From the IMG/VR virus record IMGVR_UViG_2695420602_000004: DNA of 8,034 bases. One strand, written 5' to 3'. The translations under genes were made by a program, and so were the position numbers. Source of the stretch: a virus (taxonomy: Duplodnaviria; Heunggongvirae; Uroviricota; Caudoviricetes). The notes beneath the pieces were generated by a model. The model saw only the letters and a list, made by a program, of their open reading frames with translations. It did not search any database and was not told where the DNA came from. Of this stretch, positions 1 to 5,444 are shown in pieces; position 1 is the stretch's first letter; the number at the start of each line of letters is the position of its first letter.

Positions 1-378
1 ATGGACGAACAGTGGGGCTATGTCGGGGCTAAATCGCGCCAGCGCTGGCTGTTTTACGCGTATGACAGTCTCCGGAAGACGGTTGTTGCGCACGTATTCG
101 GTGAACGCACTATGGCGACGCTGGGGCGTCTTATGAGCCTGCTGTCACCCTTTGACGTGGTGATATGGATGACGGATGGCTGGCCGCTGTATGAATCCCG
201 CCTGAAGGGAAAGCTGCACGTAATCAGCAAGCGATATACGCAGCGAATTGAGCGGCATAACCTGAATCTGAGGCAGCACCTGGCACGGCTGGGACGGAAG
301 TCGCTGTCGTTCTCAAAATCGGTGGAGCTGCATGACAAAGTCATCGGGCATTATCTGAACATAAAACACTATCAATAA
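1..378 (+). CDS. insB: IS1 transposase InsB, C-terminal fragment (5' end outside window)
   Basis: Frame open from position 1 to TAA at 376..378; 125-aa translation recognised as InsB C-terminal region. Confidence 0.85.
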   Translation: MDEQWGYVGAKSRQRWLFYAYDSLRKTVVAHVFGERTMATLGRLMSLLSPFDVVIWMTDGWPLYESRLKGKLHVISKRYTQRIERHNLNLRQHLARLGRKSLSFSKSVELHDKVIGHYLNIKHYQ

Positions 379-393
379 GTTGGAGTCATTACC
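1..393 (+). mobile_element. IS1 insertion sequence, 3' portion (window starts inside the element); right terminal inverted repeat ends ~393
   Basis: Translation of 1..378 ends ...[15 protein letters not shown], which I recognise as the InsB C-terminus; DNA 371..393 ATCAATAAGTTGGAGTCATTACC matches the remembered IS1 right end (imperfect inverse of the left end GGTGATGCTGCCAACTTACTGAT). Only one end is present, so target-site duplication cannot be checked. Confidence 0.88.
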
Positions 394-483
394 TGCCGGA
401 TGCTCACCCGTGTCCGGCGCACGCACTCCACCTCACCCGTGGAGAACTCCTTAATTACTAACCTTAGCTTTGTTGATTAGCTA

Positions 484-702
484 CTAACGCGGGTATGTAA
501 TCATTCTGGCAATGCTTAATGCCGCTGCTTTTTCCAGATTGGTGATATCCTGCTCCAGAGCGGACAGATTTTCAGCCTGCTTAGCCCTGGTTTCATTGGC
601 CCATTTCAAATCCTGCGCTGCATTAATTTTCTGGCGCATCCACTCATAAAGTTCATCATCGGTATAGTCTGGCGCGATGATGACGGGTTCTCGTTTCTGC
701 AT
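484..702 (-). CDS. ydfC: YdfC-like small prophage protein (72 aa), third gene of the dicB-type operon
   Basis: ATG at 702..700 preceded by GAGGAA SD at 5-nt spacing (plus 708..713); 72 aa, matching the remembered size and position of Qin YdfC downstream of ydfA/ydfB. Family assignment from memory. Confidence 0.7.
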   Translation of the reverse strand: MQKREPVIIAPDYTDDELYEWMRQKINAAQDLKWANETRAKQAENLSALEQDITNLEKAAALSIARMITYPR

Positions 703-731
703 ACTGATTCCTCGCGGTGCTGTTTCGCTTA

Positions 732-860
732 TCAGCCGTTAGATTTTGCCGAACTGGAAAGCGCCTGTTTAAATTCGTTGAAGCTGAGAGCTTCTTCGCC
801 GTCGGCAAGACCTTCGAAGTATTCTTCGTAAGCCTTTTCCATGATTGTGTCGAAATCCAT
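732..860 (-). CDS. ydfB: YdfB-like small acidic protein (42 aa: MDFDTIMEKAYEEYFEGLADGEEALSFNEFKQALSSSAKSNG)
   Basis: Hand-translated minus-strand ORF absent from the supplied track (below its size cut-off); ATG at 860..858 sits 1 nt after the upstream gene's stop (862..864) with GGTGAG SD-like sequence upstream; 42 aa equals the remembered YdfB length; stop is 29 nt before the ydfC-like start. Confidence 0.5.
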   Translation of the reverse strand: MDFDTIMEKAYEEYFEGLADGEEALSFNEFKQALSSSAKSNG

Positions 861-861
861 A

Positions 862-1017
862 TCACTCACCTGGGTTTCTTTCCAGCCAGCGACGGGCACC
901 ATTTTCGGTTTTAAACGTTTTGCTTTTGGTATACGTCATCGCGGTGAACGTACCGTCCTGGTTGGGGAACACGCCACATACCAGAGATTCGCTGTTGCCA
1001 AGATCGATAGTATCCAT
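862..1017 (-). CDS. ydfA: YdfA-like small protein (51 aa, MDTIDLGNSESLVCG...)
   Basis: Internal ATG (1017..1015) of ORF 862..1173 has a GAGG SD 5 nt upstream; 51 aa equals remembered YdfA/YdaF size; first gene downstream of the DicA-like repressor on the same strand, as in Qin. Confidence 0.6.
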   Translation of the reverse strand: MDTIDLGNSESLVCGVFPNQDGTFTAMTYTKSKTFKTENGARRWLERNPGE

Positions 1018-1093
1018 GCTGACCTCATTTCCCCTTAACGCCGGGGTAGCGGAACTGTTTGCTGAGAACACCGTGCGGTGTCTTGATGGAGGT

Positions 1094-1146
1094 AATTTAG
1101 TTTTCTCATTATTTTTCGTCAAGGCTTTTTGATGAGAAAACTCAAG
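1094..1146 (-). promoter_or_regulatory. Candidate leftward promoter of the ydfA-B-C operon with overlapping operator (inverted repeat AGTTTTCTCAT / ATGAGAAAACT)
   Basis: Minus-strand TTGACG (plus 1117..1122), 17-nt spacer, TAAATT (plus 1094..1099); 11-bp inverted repeat arms at 1099..1109 and 1131..1141 flank the -35; the arm GAGAAAACTCAA recurs in the dicA/dicC intergenic region. Confidence 0.4.
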
Positions 1147-1209
1147 TATTGGCGCAAGATAAAGCCAATACATTGAAATGTAAGGCTTTAAAATTTTGTG
1201 AAGGGATGA

Positions 1210-1617
1210 TTATTGATGCTTGTTGCGTTTGCGAGCCTCTAATAGCTCGGTGAACAGGCGATTAAAATTCTCAACGCGGGCGCGGAGTTCGCTGAGTTGT
1301 GCTTGTTGCTCTGATTTAGGAAGTGCGCGATACAAACGCAACATCTCTAACTCATCTTCCGATAAGTCTAAGGCACTATCGAGTGAAACAGGGGGAGTTG
1401 GTGTTTTGTCCTCGTCGCCAAACAGTATCCAGGTTGGTGAACATTGCAATACCTCGGCGAGGCGATGCAAATTTTGCCCGCGCGGGGCTGTATGGTCACT
1501 TTCCCATAATGAAATTGATGAGCCAGATACGCCAGCAGCTTTGCTTAAACCGTTTTGACTTAAGCCTACCTGCTTACGTCTTTCTCTAATGCGTTGACCT
1601 AAAGTTTTCTCGTTCAT
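1210..1617 (-). CDS. dicA: DicA/RacR-like cI-type repressor (HTH_XRE), 135 aa from ATG at 1617; in-frame ATG at 1668 would give 152 aa
   Basis: Translation contains HTH region (GLSQNGLSKAAGVSGSSISLWE) and C-terminal ...LQCSPTWILFGDEDKTPTPP...SEQQAQLSELRARVENFNRLF closely resembling remembered DicA; 135 aa from the MNEKTLGQRIRERRK start equals DicA length. Neither candidate start has a strong SD. Confidence 0.8.
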   Translation of the reverse strand: MNEKTLGQRIRERRKQVGLSQNGLSKAAGVSGSSISLWESDHTAPRGQNLHRLAEVLQCSPTWILFGDEDKTPTPPVSLDSALDLSEDELEMLRLYRALPKSEQQAQLSELRARVENFNRLFTELLEARKRNKHQ

Positions 1618-1694
1618 ATTTAGATATCTTAATAACCCTTGACTTGAGATTCCTTGAGTGATTAGCATTGAGAAAACTCAATATTGGGGGTGCG
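1618..1694. promoter_or_regulatory. Divergent immunity-region promoter/operator between dicA-like and dicC-like genes
   Basis: TTGACT (1639..1644) with TAGCAT-like -10 (~1663..1668) for the rightward gene; TTGAG repeated at 1644, 1654 and 1668, with inverted CTCAA at 1677..1681 (TTGAGAAAACTCAA, 1668..1681) overlapping the -10/start region. Confidence 0.45.
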
Positions 1695-1922
1695 ATGTTT
1701 AAATCAGACGTAATTAATTTTTACGGTACGAAAGCCAAAGTAGCGAAAGCTGCTGGCGTTGACCCATCTGCTGTTTCTCAATGGCAAGAGCTGGTTCCTG
1801 AAGGTCGCGCGATGCGTCTACAGGAGGCATCTGGCGGCGAGCTTCTGTATGATCCCAAGGTTTATGACGAATATCGTAAGACGAAGCGGGCGGGGCGGTT
1901 GAACAATGAAAATCACTCCTGA
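1695..1922 (+). CDS. dicC: DicC/Cro-like small DNA-binding protein (75 aa)
   Basis: ATG at 1695 preceded by GGGGG SD-like run (1686..1690); divergent from the repressor; C-terminal ...PEGRAMRLQEASGGEL.YDPKVY.EYRKTKRAGRLNNENHS resembles remembered DicC; size ~76 aa. The track's 1668 start is TTG and less likely. Confidence 0.7.
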   Translation: MFKSDVINFYGTKAKVAKAAGVDPSAVSQWQELVPEGRAMRLQEASGGELLYDPKVYDEYRKTKRAGRLNNENHS

Positions 1923-2427
1923 ACAGGCTCGTGAGGCTCTGGATGCCTGGATATGTCGACCAGGAATGACACAGGAGCAGGCGACGATATTAATCACTGA
2001 AGCATTTTGGTCTTTGAAAGAGCGCCCGAACATCGATGTTCAGCGTGTCACAGATGAAGGTGGCGCGGTTGATCAGCGAGCGCTTGGCGTTAATCGAGTG
2101 AAGATATTCGAACGCTGGAAGGCTATTGACACCAGGGATAAGCGTGAAAAGTTCACGGCGCTAGTGCCTGCAATTATGGAGGCTATCCGGATTAGTGATT
2201 TCAGGTTGTATCGTGAAATTAGTGACGGGAAAAGCATTACGTACATGATCGCCGGGTTAAACAAAGAATATGGCGATGTGGTGGAGTCCGGACTGCTTTT
2301 TGCTGATCCTGCCGTAGTGGATCGTGAAACTGACGAACTTATAGAAAAAGCAATTGCTTTCAAACTTGCGTATCGACAGCAATACCAACAAAAAGCTGGA
2401 TGGAATTATGAGCCTTCTTTTTGCTGA
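1906..2427 (+). CDS. Hypothetical early protein (173 aa), YdaT-like by position (cII slot) and weak remembered similarity
   Basis: ATG at 1906 overlaps the dicC-like stop by 17 nt (coupled); follows the cro-like gene as ydaT follows ydaS in Rac. Family call is low-confidence. Confidence 0.6.
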   Translation: MKITPEQAREALDAWICRPGMTQEQATILITEAFWSLKERPNIDVQRVTDEGGAVDQRALGVNRVKIFERWKAIDTRDKREKFTALVPAIMEAIRISDFRLYREISDGKSITYMIAGLNKEYGDVVESGLLFADPAVVDRETDELIEKAIAFKLAYRQQYQQKAGWNYEPSFC

Positions 2428-3373
2428 ACGCCCACTGGTTATAAACACACAGCTTGCGATGAAGATTGGCTTAAACGAAGCCATTGTGTTGCAGCAGTTG
2501 CATTACTGGTTGAGAGATACCAATTCCGGCATGGAATGTGATGGTGTTCGCTGGATTTACAACACAACGGAACAATGGCTGGAACAGTTCCCGTTCTGGT
2601 CAGAGTCAACGTTAAAGCGCGCGTTTGCAAGTCTGAAAACGCTGGGGCTTTTACGTTGCGAAAAGCTCAATAAATCAAAGCGCGACATGACCAATTTCTA
2701 CACGATCAACTACGGGAGCGAGCTTTTAGATGGTGGCAAATTGAGCGAATCCATCAGTTCAAAATGCGCCGCTCCATCAGGTCAAAATGACACGATGGAA
2801 GAGGTCAAAATGAAACGCTCCATTGGTTCAAAACGACCCAATGTCATCGGGTCAAAATGGCCTGATGATCTTACAGAGAATACAACAGAGATTACTACAG
2901 AGAATAAAAACACTTTTCGTCCGGAAGCTTCGCAACCGGACCCGCAGACGGCTGAACAGGATTTTTTAACCCGGAACCCCGACGCGGTTGTGTTTAGTGC
3001 GAAAAAACGCCAGTGGGGTAGCAGGGAGGATTTGGCGTGTGCGCAGTGGATTTGGGGGCGGATCGTGAACCTTTACGAACAGGCTGCCAGCGACGATGGA
3101 GAGATCATGCGACCAAAAGAGCCTAACTGGACAGCCTGGGCCAATGACGTGCGCACAATGCGGATGCTGGATGGCAGAAGCCACAGACAAATTTGCGAAA
3201 TGTTTGGTCGGGTACAGCGAGATCAATTCTGGGTAAAAAACATCATGAGCCCGTCAAAACTCCGCAAAAAATGGGACGAACTGGTCATCCGCCTGGGACG
3301 TTCACCTGTACAGCGTTGTGTGAATCATATTTCTGAACCGGATACAGAAATTCCGCCTGGTTTCAGGGGATAA
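2408..3373 (+). CDS. Phage replication initiator (O-like; N-terminal HTH, low-complexity linker encoding ori, C-terminal DnaT-like region); start at ATG 2408 preferred over TTG 2354
   Basis: N-terminus MSLLFAERPLVINTQLAMKIGLNEAIVLQQLHYWL typical of lambdoid 'replication protein' HTH domains; iterons lie inside the central linker, as lambda ori lies inside O; ATG 2408 overlaps the upstream stop by 20 nt. Confidence 0.72.
   Translation: MSLLFAERPLVINTQLAMKIGLNEAIVLQQLHYWLRDTNSGMECDGVRWIYNTTEQWLEQFPFWSESTLKRAFASLKTLGLLRCEKLNKSKRDMTNFYTINYGSELLDGGKLSESISSKCAAPSGQNDTMEEVKMKRSIGSKRPNVIGSKWPDDLTENTTEITTENKNTFRPEASQPDPQTAEQDFLTRNPDAVVFSAKKRQWGSREDLACAQWIWGRIVNLYEQAASDDGEIMRPKEPNWTAWANDVRTMRMLDGRSHRQICEMFGRVQRDQFWVKNIMSPSKLRKKWDELVIRLGRSPVQRCVNHISEPDTEIPPGFRG
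2751..2910 (+). repeat. Candidate origin of replication: five direct G(G/T)TCAAAA(T/C)G iterons at 23-24 bp spacing, then an AT-rich segment with TACAGAGAATA x2
   Basis: Iteron cores at 2757..2766, 2780..2789, 2803..2812, 2826..2835, 2850..2859 (the first two extended as CCATCAG-GTCAAAATG); TACAGAGAATA at 2872..2882 and 2896..2906; all embedded in the initiator's low-complexity linker. Confidence 0.55.
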
Positions 3374-3413
3374 GTGTTGATTTTAGGGCATAAAGTAATG
3401 TTCAGGAGGACTT

Positions 3414-3815
3414 GTGGCAAAAGTTTTTACACAAGAAGAGCGGGAAAAAATTAAAGGGCAGGTGGTGGAACTCGTACGCCAGAGTGGGCGCGAGACATTA
3501 CGACAACTGGAAGCTAAAACTGGGGCAACAAGATATCTGATGAGCGTTCTGGCCAGAGAGCTGGTTGCCAGTGGCGATGTATACAGCTCTGGTTACGGGT
3601 TATTCCCGTCTGAACAGGCGCGTAAGGACTGGCAAAACGCCCGCAAAAAACTCTCGAGGGCAAAGGTGAAGAAAACAGCTGTGATTGATCCGGACCTTAT
3701 CTGGTCGTTACCTGATGGAGAAATACGTCGCTACGACAGTCGCCTAAACATAATCTGTCGCGAGTGCCGGATGAGTGAAGTTATGCAGCGCATACTGGCA
3801 TTTTATCAGGGATAA
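3414..3815 (+). CDS. ren: Ren-like protein (133 aa), GTG start
   Basis: AGGAGG (3404..3409) 4 nt before GTG 3414; C-terminus ...ICRECRMSEVMQRILAFYQG and an internal ...KTGATRYLMSVLARELVASG resemble remembered lambda Ren (...FKECRQSAAMKRVLAVYG; ...LTGATVTSINQAA...); sits right after the replication gene, as ren does in lambda. Confidence 0.55.
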   Translation: MAKVFTQEEREKIKGQVVELVRQSGRETLRQLEAKTGATRYLMSVLARELVASGDVYSSGYGLFPSEQARKDWQNARKKLSRAKVKKTAVIDPDLIWSLPDGEIRRYDSRLNIICRECRMSEVMQRILAFYQG

Positions 3816-3912
3816 TGTTAGGTATTTTAGACGTTACTAGATTAAAAAGCATTAGTTCAGGAGTGAATTGACATTCTCATTTTTCATGGCACAGGGTAGA
3901 TCTGGCGTGGTT

Positions 3913-3936
3913 GTCCGCTTTGTGCCAAAAGCGGAC
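3913..3936 (+). other. Strong stem-loop (9-bp stem GTCCGCTTT / AAAGCGGAC, 6-nt loop) in the ren-cargo intergenic region, no T-tract
   Basis: Direct reading of 3913..3936; not followed by a U-run on either strand, so not a canonical intrinsic terminator. Confidence 0.4.
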
Positions 3937-4004
3937 GCCTACGCCCTAACTAAGCTATTGTGTAATATACGGTACACAATAGCGAAAATTCTAAGCTTGG
4001 GAAT

Positions 4005-4937
4005 ATGGAAATCAACAAAGAAAAATTGTCAGGTTTACTTAACTACTTCGAGTCTCGCAAGAAATACGCTGCAACTCGAATATCTAGTTTATCCAGTCAG
4101 AATGAGATCTGTTTCGCTTTGTCAGGATTGACGTTTCGAAACGGGCCTTATGTTTTCCAAGACGTAGGTGAATTAAGGGAGGTACTTCATCCACCAGGAG
4201 AGATAGAGTTAGCCAAAGCGCTTAAGAGCAAGTCGCTACTCAGCGCTGTTGCTCGTCATATGCCCGCAGTTACGCATGAGCTTGCGTTGCAAAGCAGTGA
4301 GTCGAAATTTTCTCAATCAGACCTGACTATCGGATGGTGGATCATATCCGCGATCCGATGCCGCACACTCACCGATATACTTGTTCCTGCAGTAGCAAGT
4401 GCATCTTGGGATGTATTCCCTGCTCTTCAAGCCAACTCGTGTGAAGTCCAACTTCTTGAGGACGTGCCGGCAGTTCGGAGAATAAGCCCAAGTGTAGAGA
4501 TATCAGTAGAGTCTCTCGACTGGGTTCAAGAGAATCTCAAGCGTTGGATAGATCTGCTAGAGCAACCAGCATTCCGGCTCGCTATTGATTCTTTAACTAC
4601 TCACAACCAACACGCGAATTTGAGAATGGCTGCTGCTGCTTTATGGGCAGGATTTGAAGCGCTCTTTGGAATCAATTCAGAGCTTCGTTTTCGTCTTGCT
4701 CTTATGGCCGCAGCATATCTTGAGGAGCGAGGGCCTGATCGTTTAGCCACCTATCGTAGGGTTAAGAAGCTGTATGACTACCGTTCGAAGGCAGTGCATG
4801 GGGGAGCTACGTCAGATAACTTTTTAGTTGAGCATATAATTGAGGTACGAGTGCTTTTATCCCGATTAGTGTGTCGCATGACAGAGATCGGAAAAATGCC
4901 CACAACCGACGATTACGAGGAACGGCTTCTAACTTAA
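4005..4937 (+). CDS. 310-aa cargo protein with C-terminal R-x4-H motif (R260-S-K-A-V-H265); candidate HEPN-family RNase / abortive-infection-type defence protein
   Basis: Single long ORF with only a weak SD; 189-bp structured intergenic region upstream and 11-bp-stem hairpin downstream; motif YRSKAVHGG (nt 4782..4799) in what reads as an alpha-helical C-terminal region; the flanking genes are conserved lambdoid genes. Domain call is inference from the motif only. Confidence 0.7.
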   Translation: MEINKEKLSGLLNYFESRKKYAATRISSLSSQNEICFALSGLTFRNGPYVFQDVGELREVLHPPGEIELAKALKSKSLLSAVARHMPAVTHELALQSSESKFSQSDLTIGWWIISAIRCRTLTDILVPAVASASWDVFPALQANSCEVQLLEDVPAVRRISPSVEISVESLDWVQENLKRWIDLLEQPAFRLAIDSLTTHNQHANLRMAAAALWAGFEALFGINSELRFRLALMAAAYLEERGPDRLATYRRVKKLYDYRSKAVHGGATSDNFLVEHIIEVRVLLSRLVCRMTEIGKMPTTDDYEERLLT

Positions 4938-4997
4938 GGCTTTTTCTAAGGTAACTTGGAAAAACGCTTGTTTTATCTATACACAGTAAGCCTAACT

Positions 4998-5029
4998 TCA
5001 GTTAACCCGCAATAATGAGGGTTAACTGA
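4998..5029 (+). other. Perfect 11-bp-arm inverted repeat TCAGTTAACCC-N10-GGGTTAACTGA, 61 bp downstream of the cargo gene
   Basis: Direct reading; no adjacent T-tract on either strand, so either a T-tract-less transcript-end or stability hairpin or a protein-binding palindrome; CAGTTAAC recurs at 5509..5516 in the hok leader. Confidence 0.4.
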
Positions 5030-5318
5030 TCAACCTCCAAGATTAGGTACAATGAAGTGGTCAACAAAAACTGGCCACCGCAAGAAAACACGTCTATGTC
5101 AGTATTTATTCCGAACTTCCGTTGTTCGCTCAAAGCGGACTAAAAGGTTAGCTTGTGTCGGACTTTGCGTATTAAAAGAAGTGCAGGTGGTGACTAGTGG
5201 TTGAGCCCCATTTCCACAGAAAAAATCAGAGAAACTATACCCAATAGTTGTATTGAATCACTGACGAGACAGCCTCATATTCATCAGGACTGGTGTACGT
5301 CCAATACAGGAGGTTGTG

Positions 5319-5408
5319 GTGCTGGTTCTCAAATGTGCGCTGGCTATTACGGCTGTAATGGCGATTTATTGTCTTGCTATTGTTCTTATGGATCGCCTTT
5401 CTGACTGA
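5319..5408 (+). CDS. Candidate 29-aa hydrophobic membrane peptide (MLVLKCALAITAVMAIYCLAIVLMDRLSD), GTG start
   Basis: AGGAGG (5308..5313) 5 nt upstream of GTG 5319; product is one predicted transmembrane helix with a charged tail, the profile of small type I toxins; not in the supplied ORF track. Could be chance. Confidence 0.3.
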   Translation: MLVLKCALAITAVMAIYCLAIVLMDRLSD

Positions 5409-5416
5409 TTTCATAT

Positions 5417-5444
5417 TGGCGAGGTAACGGTAGTTAAGTAGAAT
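5417..5444 (+). promoter_or_regulatory. Candidate hok mRNA promoter (TTGGCG-16-TAGAAT)
   Basis: -35-like 5417..5422 and -10-like 5439..5444 place a start near 5451, the 5' end of the segment complementary to the 3' end of the hok transcript (5825..5837). Confidence 0.3.

Noticed and set aside
54-344. 96-aa minus-strand ORF inside the IS1 fragment
   Set aside because: Entirely antisense to the recognised insB frame; no RBS; a typical shadow ORF of a GC-balanced coding region.
394-483. DicF sRNA expected downstream of ydfC
   Set aside because: The remnant between ydfC and IS1 does not match my recollection of DicF (a GGCGG...CCGCC terminator-containing ~53-nt RNA); not called. A covariance-model search would settle it.
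656-1132. Track ORFs 656..865(-), 717..914(+), 841..1038(+), 845..1132(+) and the full 862..1173(-) extension
   Set aside because: They overlap the compact ydfA/ydfB/ydfC-like genes in other frames or on the other strand; the 862..1173 ORF would run through the predicted leftward promoter, whereas the internal ATG at 1017 has a proper SD.
1220-1589. Plus-strand ORFs 1220..1558 and 1323..1589
   Set aside because: Antisense to the DicA-like repressor gene, Ser/Arg-rich low-complexity products, no RBS.
2354-2407. Longer N-terminal extension of the replication initiator starting at TTG 2354
   Set aside because: TTG start with no SD and 74-nt overlap with the upstream gene; ATG 2408 gives an N-terminus typical of the family.
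2751-2910. CRISPR-like appearance of the regularly spaced repeats
   Set aside because: Repeat cores are ~10 bp at ~23-bp spacing inside a coding sequence, with no cas genes; the pattern is that of replication iterons, not a CRISPR array.
3958-3979. LexA box or CRP site interpretation of the TTGTGTA-N8-TACACAA palindrome
   Set aside because: Half-sites are TGTG/CACA rather than LexA CTGT/ACAG, and the spacing does not fit CRP TGTGA-N6-TCACA; kept only as a generic operator-like palindrome.
3868-4131. 87-aa ORF starting at TTG 3868 and overlapping the start of the 310-aa gene
   Set aside because: Although AGGAG precedes it, it is TTG-initiated, overlaps the cargo ORF by 127 nt out of frame and runs through the hairpin and palindrome; more likely the RBS-like sequence belongs to regulatory DNA.
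5052-5201. 49-codon highly basic ORF (MKWSTKTGHRKKTRLCQY...)
   Set aside because: Weak RBS, and the composition is consistent with a chance ORF in AT-rich spacer; not called.
5201-5404. 67-aa Cys/Gly-rich ORF (possible microcin-like peptide)
   Set aside because: TTG start without RBS; the Cys/Gly richness is a frame artefact of the same DNA that encodes the much better supported 29-aa hydrophobic ORF in another frame.
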